This document shows positions 37,165 through 48,782 of a stretch of 64,000 bases of DNA, piece after piece. The position numbers and the translations under genes are program-made. Positions within the stretch are counted from its first letter, which is position 1. Each line of letters opens with the position of its first letter. The notes under the pieces were generated by a model. That model worked only from the letters and a program-made list of their open reading frames with translations. It was not told the origin of the DNA and made no database searches. Origin of the DNA: Balanoglossus misakiensis (taxonomy: Eukaryota; Animalia; Hemichordata); contig CM082590.2 in the NCBI GenBank assembly GCA_040954595.2, positions 1,178,001 through 1,242,000 on the forward strand, in the 5' to 3' direction.

Positions 37165-39624
37165 TGCTAAAAATGATTATTTTCATAACATCCAGTACAT
37201 AAAATTCATATTTACTCACTTTATCACTACATCCATTTTGCCACATCTGCACGGAGTTAACACCGACTAAAAATTTAAATTTTTTGTGGTGTTCTTGCAT
37301 GCAACAATCCCATCAGAATGGAACCAAACCTTGCAACAGAGCATGATGAACCACTCCTGTAACAAGGGAACAGATGTGTTGATTAAATATATAGAAGAAA
37401 TACTGACACAGCTTCATTCTCAGTCATAAATATGCATTCATGTATTTTTAGACTACCAATATCTGGGGTTGTACACCTGTCCTATATTGCTGCATAATGT
37501 TTTTATTTTAGTACAGTAAGCTGGTAAGCTACAATCAATTGGATTCCCCAGTCACTTTTAGGCATCTCCAGTATGTCATCATAACTATGTGAGTAATAAC
37601 AAAAAATGATAGTTCCCTAAATTCAGCTTAAACACTTAATGTAAAAGAAGATTACGTGCTTTGTTTGCCTTGTCACCATGGACGTAATGCAAGCAAATGT
37701 TGCAGGAACTTCCTTCTTTAGTTGATTTATTACATCTCCCCAACTAAAAGAAGACAAATTTTCAACTGTTACAGGCTTGTCAAGTGGTGTTTCTTTTTTT
37801 TGAGTACTCTCTCATTTCCTTTTTGATCATATTTGCTGCAACTTTGAGTATGGCATTTCTTGCTGGTTTGCTTTTCTTGACCAGGATGTTAAACGCCTGG
37901 AGATATTGGGATCTCAGCAGTTTCTTAACGACACTCCCACGGTTGGATATAATCTAATAAGAATAAGAAAATAATGAGGTTTTTAATAAGGCTTGAAAGT
38001 TAATGCATCAGGACAAAACATTCAATGTTTGAAACTCATGTTCACCCTTTAGTGGTGTACCAAGTTTCCTTCTCTTTGGTGAAAGACCAATTGGAGACCT
38101 GTAACTCTCATCGGGCATTTTTTTTAGAGCAGAGCTTGCTTGCTCCTGCTGTCGGAAAAGGCGCGGCTAGTCTCATCACAATTTTTGCCTGATGAGTGTA
38201 GCTTTGCCAGAACTCTGGCACAGGGCAAACACAAGTATCGTGGTTTTCCTGGCGTAAGGATTACATGAAATTCACGTTCAATAACTTCTATGCCCGGTTG
38301 GCTGGAGTGGGGCAATTTTGCGTCCACAGATTTTCTTTGTGGAGTTTTTTGTTTGGGGGAAAATTTAACACCACAATTAATGCATTCCTCCATGGCTACT
38401 GAAAGTGTATAGCGAAGGATGATGGGATTTTGCATGTTAATGACGTTTAATTAGTACTTAAGAAAGCCAGACAGAGACAGACACTACCATAAAACCATAA
38501 ATCAATTAACTTTACTAGAAGTATCCAATATCAAATGTCCAAATTACATGTCAGAAGCTTTGAACATTTTAGTTTAGTTTATTTTGTATTTATTTCACAT
38601 CGAATATAATTACAGTATATTTGGGTCCCATTGGTATGTACCATGGGACCTTATGGGATCGGTTGCGTCTGTATGTATGTATGGATGTATGTATGGATGG
38701 ATGTATGTCTGTATGTCCGTCCACATCAAAAACTTGAAAACCGCTGCATGTATCACCTTGATATTTGGTGTGCTGATGCAGGCTGGGCTGTAGATGGGAG
38801 TTTGTTCAAATGAAGTTGTCATTGCCAAAAATTTGCAAATTAGTTGGAAAAATGTGAATTTGGTCAAAACTCAGTAACTCAAGAACTACTGGTCAGATTG
38901 CTTTGCAAAGTGGTGTGTATTTACTTTATTGAGTTGTTTTAATTAGGCAGAAACTCCCTCCAGCGAAACATGCTCCCCGAGCTTTTGTATCGCCTTCTTT
39001 TGCTGTGATTTGAGAGCTATACAGTTCATCTAGGCATTCATCGTCCCATCAGACGATATTAGATTGTTGTTGGGTCCCATTGGTATGCACCATGGGACCT
39101 TATGGGATCGTTGCGCCTGTATGTATGGATGGATGGATGGATGGATGTCTGTATGTCCGATTACATAACTGGCTAAGTTTTAAAGAGGCCAGCTGTTCTA
39201 TTTAGTGTATGTACAGTACATATGCCATTGGCAGCTTATGGGTCAGTCAGTGTTTGCCCATTGATCTCTCGCTATATGTGTGTGTGTGTCTGTCTGTCTG
39301 TATATGGCCATGTACTCCGGTGTAGACTTTTTCTTGTGTAATCACTCAATGGGACCACCATGTCCTTGACGCGATTTTTAATTAATTTATACAACTATTT
39401 AAAGCTAAAAGTATACATATTTTTCCCAGTTAACTTCGGTATTAAAATATATTGAAAAAATTTCGGTCCGATGCTCTTTTGTTTGCCAGATCCGAGCTGG
39501 CCGTGACGTGTGACGCGGTGGCTGATGGGTAAACTCGTTGTATTTCAGTATGGCATTCTCTGGGTAAACGCGGAAGTGCAACAAAGCTTCAGAAGACGAG
39601 CGTTTTTTGTCGTTATGATAGCTG
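37165..39624 (+). repeat. Segment X, left-arm copy with two internal deletions
   Basis: Direct copy of 60362-63522 lacking ~350 bp at ~38043 and ~380 bp at ~38961. Confidence 0.9.
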
Positions 39625-42600
39625 TGTGTTCCTGGCGTTACACGGCCTCCACCCACAGCCCTGCAGGGCGCCATAGAAAAAACTGGTGCTTCTGCGGTCC
39701 GGATCTGTACCGCAGCTGTTTTTCGGAAATTCGAATTTATCGAGGGAAAAATCCTTTCCCAGCTTACCTCTATCTCTAAGCGACCTCAGAAATGAGGCGA
39801 TCAACTTTGACCAACGATCATAACGACAAAAAACGCTCGTCTTCTGAAGCTTTGTTGCACTTCCGCGTTTACCCAGAGAATGCCATACTGAAATACAACG
39901 AGTTTACCCATCAGCCACCGCGTCACACGTCACGGCAAGCTCGGATCTGGCAAACAAAAGAGCATCGGACCGAAATTTTTTCAATATATTTTAATACCGA
40001 AGTTAACTGGGAAAAATATGTATACTTTTAGCTTTAAATAATTGTATAAATTAATTAAAAATCGTGTCAAGGACATGGTGGTCCCATTGAGTGATTACAC
40101 AAGAAAAAGTCTACACCGGAGTACATGGCCATATACAGACAGACAGACACACACACACATATAGCGAGAGATCAATGGGCAAACACTGACTGACCCATAA
40201 GCTGCCAATGGCATATGTACTGTACATACTCTAAATAGAACAGCTGGCCTCTTTAAAACTTAGCCAGTTATGTAATCGGACATACAGACATACATCCATC
40301 CATCCATACATACAGGCGCAACGATCCCATAAGGTCCCATGGTGCATACCAATGGGACCCAACAACAATCTAATATCGTCTGATGGGACGATGAATGCCT
40401 AGATGAACTGTATAGCTCTCAAATCACAGCAAAAGAAGGCGATACAAAAGCTCGGGGAGCATGTTTCGCTGACCTGCGTTAACAGATCCATCGAGGAGTA
40501 CGGTGCCCAGAGCGCTAACACATCCCCAATACAAACTCATGGACACAAACTATTTATATTTCTAGGTCCAAAACTTTAACTACAGTGAGACAAAACTGTT
40601 AGGCTTTTCTCATATTTAAATCAAGTATTGAAATGCAAAATAAAGTGTTAAAATGCAAAGAAGGCGATACAAAACCTTGGGGTGTGTTGCGCTTACCTGC
40701 GTTAACAGATCCCGTGAGGAGTACGGTGCCCAGAGTGTTAACACATCCCCAATACGAACACATGGACACAAACTATTTATATTTCTAGGTCCAAAACTTT
40801 AACTACAGTGAGACAAAACTGTTAGGCTTTTCTCATATTTAAATCAAGTATTGAAATGCAAAGTAATGTGTTAAAATGCAAATTAAGACCGACGGGAGTG
40901 GTTCTTCTTTTCTCCAATGAAGTTCAACTTTGCTCAATGGGCAAACACTGACTGACCCATAAGCTGCCAATTTCATATGTACTGTACATACACTAAATAG
41001 AACAGCTGGCCTCTTTAAAACTTAGCCAGTTATGTAATCATTCAGGAATTTGCTGTGTTTATGTGAATAACAGGAGGGAGTTTCTGCCTAATTAAAACAA
41101 CTCAATAAAGTAAATACACACCACTTTGCAAAGCAATCTGACCAGTAGTTCTTGAGTTACTGAGTTTTGACCAAATTCACATTTTTCCAACTAATTTGCA
41201 TATTTTTGGCAATGACAACTTCATTTGAACAAACTCCCATCTACAGCCCAGCCTGCATCAGCACACCAAATATCAAGGTGATACATGCAGCGGTTTTCAA
41301 GTTTTTGATGTGGACGGACATACAGACATACATCCATCCATACATACATCCATACATACATACAGACGCAACCGATCCCATAAGGTCCCATGGTACATAC
41401 CAATGGGACCCAAATATACTGTAATTATATTCGATGTGAAATAAATACAAAATAAACTAAACTAAAATGTTCAAAGCTTCTGACATGTAATTTGGACATT
41501 TGATATTGGATACTTCTAGTAAAGTAAATTGATTTATGGTTTTATGGTAGTGTCTGTCTCTGTCTGGCTTTCTTAAGTACTAATTAAACGTCATTAACAT
41601 GCAAAATCCCATCATCCTTCGCTATACACTTTCAGTAGCCATGGAGGAATGCATTAATTGTGGTGTTAAATTTTTCCCCAAACAAAAAACTCCACAAAGA
41701 AAATCTGTGGACGCAAAATTGCCCCACTCCAGCCAACCGGGCATAGAAGTTATTGAACGTGAATTTCATGTAATCCTTACGCCAGGAAAACCACGATACT
41801 TGTGTTTGCCCTGTGCCAGAGTTCTGGCAAAGCTACACTCATCAGGCAAAAATTGTGATGAGACTAGCCGCGCCTTTTCCGACAGCAGGAGCAAGCAAGC
41901 TCTGCTCTCAAAAAAAATGCCCGATGAGAGTTACAGGTCTCCAATTGGTCTTTCACCAAAGAGAAGGAAACTTGGTACACCACTAAAGGGTGTAAGTAGA
42001 GTGAAACCTACTTCCAAGGTAAGATATTTCTTTTTAAAAATCACCATTATTAGCATTATTCAGTTTATTAATTTACTATTTGACCATTTTCTTCACTTTT
42101 TTTGCTCATTTTATATAACTGCCATGATGAAGACTTATGACATTTTACAGTCACAGTAATATTACCTTCTGATTGAAGAATTTTTACCAAATGTTAAGAA
42201 AATTATATGTGTTCATTTGTATATCGTCCCATCAACTTGGTTTGAAACAATCTTATATTTGTATTTGAATAAAAAGTTTGAGAAAAATATAAAGACAGCC
42301 AGTAGTTTCTGAATTTAAGATTTTTCATCACTGAGTTTTGAACATGAGTTTCAAACATTGAATGTTTTGTCCTGATGCATTAACTTTCAAGCCTTATTAA
42401 AAACCTCATTATTTTCTTATTCTTATTAGATTATATCCAACCGTGGGAGTGTCGTTAAGAAACTGCTGAGATCCCAATATCTCCAGGCGTTTAACATCCT
42501 GGTCAAGAAAAGCAAACCAGCAAGAAATGCCATACTCAAAGTTGCAGCAAATATGATCAAAAAGGAAATGAGAGAGTACTCAAAAAAAGAAACACCACTT

Positions 42601-43217
42601 GCCAAGCCTGTAACAGTTGAAAATTTGTCTTCTTTTAGTTGGGGAGATGTAATAAATCAACTAAAGAAGGAAGTTCCTGCAACATTTGCTTTCATTACGT
42701 CCATGGTGACAAGGCAAACAAAGCACGTAATCTTCTTTTACATTAAGTGTTTAAGCTGAATTTAGGGAACTATCATTTTTTGTTATTACTCACATAGTTA
42801 TGATGACATACTGGAGATGCCTAAAAGTGACTGGGGAATCCAATTGATTGTAGCTTACCAGCTTACTGTACTAAAATAAAAACATTATGCAGCAATATAG
42901 GACAGGTGTACAACCCCAGATATTGGTAGTCTAAAAATACATGAATGCATATTTTTGACTGAGAATGAAGCTGTGTCAGTATTTCTTCTATATATTTAAT
43001 CAACACATCTGTTCCCTTGTTACAGGAGTGGTTCATCATGCTCTGTTGCAAGGTTTGGTTCCATTCTGATGGGATTGTTGCATGCAAGAACACCACAAAA
43101 AATTTAAATTTTTAGTCGGTGTTAACTCCGTGCAGATGTGGCAAAATGGATGTAGTGATAAAGTGAGTAAATATGAATTTTATGTACTGGATGTTATGAA
43201 AATAATCATTTTTAGCA
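39622..43217 (-). repeat. Segment X, inverted right-arm copy
   Basis: Reverse complement of 60362-63712; has an extra ~225-bp tandem unit (40432-40881). Confidence 0.9.
41641..43162 (+). pseudogene. 5' exons of a probable Academ-like transposase (CxxC..CxxC N-terminus), truncated at the BEL junction
   Basis: MEECINC..YLCLPC exon to 42018; exon ~42430-42726 with ENLSSFSWGDVINQLKKEVP; exon ~43026-43162 with RFGSILMGLLHAR; family assignment from remembered motifs only. Confidence 0.5.
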
Positions 43218-46200
43218 GGAGTGCTGGTCTATCTTCTCTGAATGGAAGTGGCATTGTATAGAATCCATCTGGTTCTTTCGAAATACCATTTTCCATGATC
43301 TTCAAAAATCGAATGTCGTCCTGAGACATGGCGGTTTCTTCAACCTTTTGTTCGTTGAAGTCCGATTCGAGAATTCTCACCACGTCCAAAGGGCTGAGAA
43401 CTTGCTCGTTGGCTGAAGTCTTAAAGGCATAACGAACTGCCGACGAATGAGACTCTTTCATACGAAGTCTCTGCTGACTGTCTACACCTGGTTGTAGACC
43501 GTCTGGTATCACCTTTGTAAGTACTCTATGGGTAAAACTGAAGACGTCTTCCCTTTCATCTCGATGTGTAAGATGTCCGACGATGCTCCATCCTAAGTCT
43601 GTCTCTACTGCGAATGGCTGATTTCCACTGCCTGTGACACAGCTACGAGGTGCTAGGGCTTGGGGACAATCATAACCTATCAACAGACCAACTTCACATT
43701 TCTGTTGAGGATGAATACGAGTAGCGATTTCTCTAAGATGAGGCCACCCATTGGCCATATCACGAGTCGGTATGTGCGATTTTTCCACTGGTATGTAATC
43801 AAGCGAATACGTAGTGGGCAACGGAACTATTTTGTCACAGTCAAATCCGCGAACTCTGAGTTTGCGATATTTGTGACAGGCAACAACCTTGTTGCTCGTG
43901 GTCATGGTTGTCATACGAAGGTTTGCTGGCTCAGATGCTGTATGTAGCTGTTCAGCGACATGATCCAGCACGAAAGTAGTGTCTGACTGTGTGTCCAACA
44001 GCGCGTACACTAGAATCTCTCTGTTCGGTTCTTCGTATCCAGAAATCCACACTAGAACGATCATCGACTTTCCTCGCGGGCAGGTCACACCATAGCAGTC
44101 CGCTTTCTTCGTTTCGGGTGTGGTTTCTTTTCTGGAGACTGAACAGTGCTCATGGTTTCGTTCATGGACGAATTAAATGTCCTCTGTTGGACAATTTTTT
44201 CGTCGGAATGTAGACTGGTGGGATGTTTCCTACTGCATTTCCTGCAAACGCCACGGGATTTGCAGTTCTTTGAGATGTGCCCCGTGTTAAGACATCCGAA
44301 GCAGTAACCGCCCTTTCGAACAAATTCCTGTCTATCGGACATAGGCGTGGAAGCGAAGCTATAACATTCCTGTATAGCGTGCCCAGTCTTTTTGCAGAAA
44401 ACACACGACTGGTTTACCGCCCCTGGTTTTGCTGTGGTCGAGAGCGTACGTGCACCTGGGTTGCGCCTCCTGGTGCTGGTCGGAGTTTTCTCCGGGTCTC
44501 TGTCCGTTGGTGACCTCAGCGAGCCGATTGAGGTCAATGAGTCACATGCAATATCTGCCTCCTCCATCATGAAGCAGACAAATCTTTCGAATGGGGGGTA
44601 TGCGTTCGTAGCCTTTTTTAGTTTTGCTACGATCCTGCTCCATCTCTTTACGAGCCAGTCCGGTAACTTCTGGAGCATTTTCCTATTTTCGTGGATATCG
44701 TTCAGCACTGCGAGGTCTGGGATATCCTTCATCGCTATCCGGCATTGTTTCAAGAAGTCTGCGAACTTTCGCAATGCCTTCCCGTCTTTGCCGGAGATTC
44801 TCGGCCATCTTTCGATTTTTTCTCTAAAGGCCTCTGTTACGGCAAAAGAGTTACCGTATCGTTCTTCCAGAATGGTTCTTGCCTCTTCGTATGCTCCTTC
44901 ACTTCAGAGTAAGAAGCATCCGGCGACTGCTTCCTTAGCAGGACCACCCAAATACTTCTTCAGGTGATGGATTCTTTCGATTGGTGGGACCCCTCGTGAT
45001 TTAACTAAGGTGATGAAAGACGATATCCAATCCGGCATTGTTTCAAGAAGTCTGCGAACTTTCGCAATGCCTTCCCGTCTTTGCCGGAGATTCTCGGCCA
45101 TCTTTCGATTTTTTCTCTAAAGGCCTCTGTTACGGCAAAAGAGTTACCGTATCGTTCTTCCAGAATGGTTCTTGCCTCTTCGTATGCTCCTTCACTTCAG
45201 AGTAAGAAGCATCCGGCGACTGCTTCCTTAGCAGGACCACCCAAATACTTCTTCAGGTGATGGATTCTTTCGATTGGTGGGACCCCTCGTGATTTAACTA
45301 AGGTGATGAAAGACGATATCCAATCCGGCATTGTTTCAAGAAGTCTGCGAACTTTCGCAATGCCTTCCCGTCTTTGCCGGAGATTCTCGGCCATCTTTCG
45401 ATTTTTTCTCTAAAGGCCTCTGTTACGGCAAAAGAGTTACCGTATCGTTCTTCCAGAATGGTTCTTGCCTCTTCGTATGCTCCTTCACTTCAGAGTAAGA
45501 AGCATCCGGCGACTGCTTCCTTAGCAGGACCACCCAAATACTTCTTCAGGTGATGGATTCTTTCGATTGGTGGGACCCCTCGTGATTTAACTAAGGTGAT
45601 GAAAGACGATATCCAATCTGGATAAGAAAGTGGGTCTCCCATGAATATTGGTGGTTCGGGTGTAGCAAGTCTGCTCAAGGAAACAGATGTTGCCAAGGCT
45701 TCTGTCAATACCTTGAGGTCTTCTCTGTTCTCCGATGGGCGATATTCATTTGCTGTTGCACGTAGTGTATAATCTTGTGGTTTCGGTTGCGACGTCGACG
45801 GCTTGGTAGTCGGCGGGACGACTGGTTCTGTTTTTACAGTACGCGTGGGAATATGAGCAGCTGGTGTCGACTGGCTGATCGGTTCGGTCTTCACGATAGG
45901 CAACTCGCTCGTCACTGGTGGAAACATAATCTTCGCTAATGGCAGGTTGTCGAGAAGTTCTTCTCTTTCACAAGCAGCTATCTTTGCTTTCTCCACATGT
46001 AGTTCTCCTACTAGTTTCTGTCTTTCTAACACTCTTTTCCTACGACGTATTTCTGCCTCAGCTTCTTCTTGGCGTCTTCTCTCTTCTGCCACAGCCGCCG
46101 CTTGTCGTCTTTTTTCTTCTGCCTCTAAGTGTTCCAATTCCTCTTCATGTGCAGTCTCTTCATGTTTTGCCTCAATTTCCGCCTGTAGGGCAGCTGCCCT

Positions 46201-48077
46201 GACAGCAGCGTTTCTCCGTACTGATGACATAGTGGAAGAGCTGGATCGTTTGGATGACCTAGAGCTCGACTTTGTGTGATGTGAAGGCACGGATCCGAAT
46301 GAAACTGAGCTATGAGCATCGGCTCGCGCAATCAGTCGCTGTGCATAATTGATGGCACTATCCACACGCAAATTCAAACGATCGACGGCTTTCAATACAT
46401 CCTCTAAGGGGGTGTCCGACACGGCGCGTATCTGATCATGAATTTCAATCAAAACAATGCGCTCGCGCTCTATTTCTTTCAAAATAGTATATATGTTTTC
46501 CACAGACTCTTTGTCGAATATGTCAGGGTTGTTCACAAATGACAACAACCGATTGTGGGTACGCCAGAACTGCTTCTCCAAATCAATTAACTTACCTTCC
46601 CTAGCTTTCTCAGTAAGCTTGGGTACTCGTTCTGATCTGCGTAATGTGTACACATTTTCATCCATTTCTACATTTGTTTCATGAATCTCTGCTTTTGTTA
46701 CAATTTGATCTGATTCATCAGGCTTACCTTGATCATCAGCGGTTGGCACTGATTCCTGTGTGTCCTTTTCGGCCATAGTTGAACTTGGGTGAACACAACT
46801 AGAGAGCTTAAACAATCACTGTGACTATTCAGTGTTGATAAAATTTAGAAATCTAAACTGAGGAAGTAACACAAGCAATTTGATGCCGGGTAATAATAGT
46901 GAAAAATTTCAAACACTTTGACAAATACAAACTGAGTGAGTTTCAACAAAGGAGACTCTTTGTATCGCAAAGGCTGATGCGAGTGACACTAATGTGCACA
47001 ATTTTGGGACATTGAGAAAACTAAATATTCAAATCACACATGCACACAAGCCAAAATGACAAAGTTCAAAGTTCAATATTAATGTTCAAAGTCAATGTTC
47101 AATATTCTGTCCTGATTCCGAAGGAGTGTCCAAAATGTTCAATCTGCTGCTTCTGTTAACAGTCGCTGAACATCACTCTTCTCTGCAGTCTGTAGTCTTC
47201 ATGGGTTGATTCAACAGCTGAACCATGTAACGGCGCCCTCGACGACGAGTCTTCGGCTGAACCGATGACGTCACACACAACGATGTAGGACGACGATTTC
47301 ACCTCCAGATCGAACAGCAATAAAATCGTTGAAAGACTTACGTCCGTTCCGAGTTCTGTTTCAAAGGTCCGAGTTCCTACTCGCGCTCGAGTTTTTACTG
47401 TGACCGTCAAAGCTTTTCCGAAATATTCAAAAGTCAGAGTCGAGTTTCTATGTACGGGTCTTCGGTTTATTATCGATAAATCGATCGAGCGATCGCCGAA
47501 CGCGACCGTACGTACGAGACTGTACACAATAGTCGAAAGACTTCGAAAGACGAGATGTGCGCAGACCTCGATGGGAATAGGCCAAATAGACCTCGAGAAT
47601 GACCGAGACTGATTCGAATAGACCGAATAAACCTTGTCTCGAATAGACCGAGTAAACCGTGGTACAAATAGACCGTAAAAACTCGCTGGCGACTTGTAAA
47701 GCCTTGTGGTCCGGAAGTTTCGAAATACGAATGAAATATCGAAGGGTACGAAACGAGAGACGAGGGTGTACTTCACCGTCCCATAGCGAAGTCGAAAACA
47801 CGAGGTAAAATGTGTAGAGATATGACCATCGTAGATGGACTACTTGTAAAACTTTTGGGCGAAATATGGTTTGTCGATGTGTTCACAATGACCTTCAAAG
47901 GTACACATAAAGTCACAACATCTTGCTCTGTGAAAATTAAAAGTCTACAATATGGAAACTCGTAACAAAATATGGAACTATTTTTATGGAGTAAGGTTTT
48001 TAAACAACAAACAGTTCGTGCATATCCCTCAATACAAAAATACGAAATTCCTTTGTTTTTGCATGGCTTCAGCCACA
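43218..48077 (-). mobile_element. BEL/Pao element, copy B (inverted duplicate of copy A, without the IS3EU insertion)
   Basis: Putative LTR 46820-48077, gag ATG 46776, same truncation point; private nonsense codon and 293-bp triplication. Confidence 0.92.
44737..45618. repeat. Tandem triplication, 3 x 293 bp, inside BEL gag
   Basis: Units start at ~44737, 45030, 45323; single copy in BEL A. Confidence 0.92.
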
Positions 48078-48782
48078 ATATATGATGTGCATGCTAACAT
48101 ATTGTGATGATGAGGTCATTTTAGTGTGACCTTTACTGGCTAGTAAGATTTCTTTTGTTTAGGGTGACCAGGTGTTGATGAATATTCATTTGATTGACAT
48201 GTATAAATACACATGCTACCATGTGGTCAGGTGGCTATTTTTTTCGCTGGACACAGTGCCGGTAACTTCAGTGCTGGGGACTCCATGCTGCTGTTTGGGA
48301 CCTTTCGCAGGCCGTTTTGTTTGACTTCAAGGACTTCAGAAGTTGTGAGTGCATGCACACAACTTGGACCTAAACCAGACTTTCCTGCTGTTTTGTTTGA
48401 CTTCGAGTTGTAAGTACACACCACTCGGACCGAAACCAGACTTTCCTGTACGTCGGAAGTCTTTGACTTTACTGCATATTTGCTGCTCGTGTGCTTCACG
48501 ACTGGAGTCCTAGCTGAGTATACGGAGTGCTGTGTGTGTTGCTCAGTTTGGTTCGCATTCATTGTTTTATGACCTGTGAATCCCTTTTTTGCCTGCAACT
48601 TAATTTTGTTAGTATAGCGAATAGCCATTAAATACTTTTTATAAAAGGAAAACCACTGACTTCGCCCTTTCTGTCATAACAGAAATTGGGGGCTCGTCCG
48701 GGAATATTTGAATTTGTGTACTCGTTTGAAAATTGTCCAATATATTTGTTTCGGCTTTGTGTGAACTCAGCGGTTTTCCGAC

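Noticed and set aside
36006-37202. 398-aa ORF as an independent gene
   Set aside because: Chance fusion of right-TIR sequence, BEL protease and segment X
44100-44140. Programmed frameshift between BEL gag and protease
   Set aside because: No canonical slippery heptamer; BEL elements usually have one ORF, so a shared 1-bp deletion is simpler
48687-48703. tRNA gene
   Set aside because: Only 17 nt complementary to a tRNA-Pro 3' end, i.e. a primer-binding site
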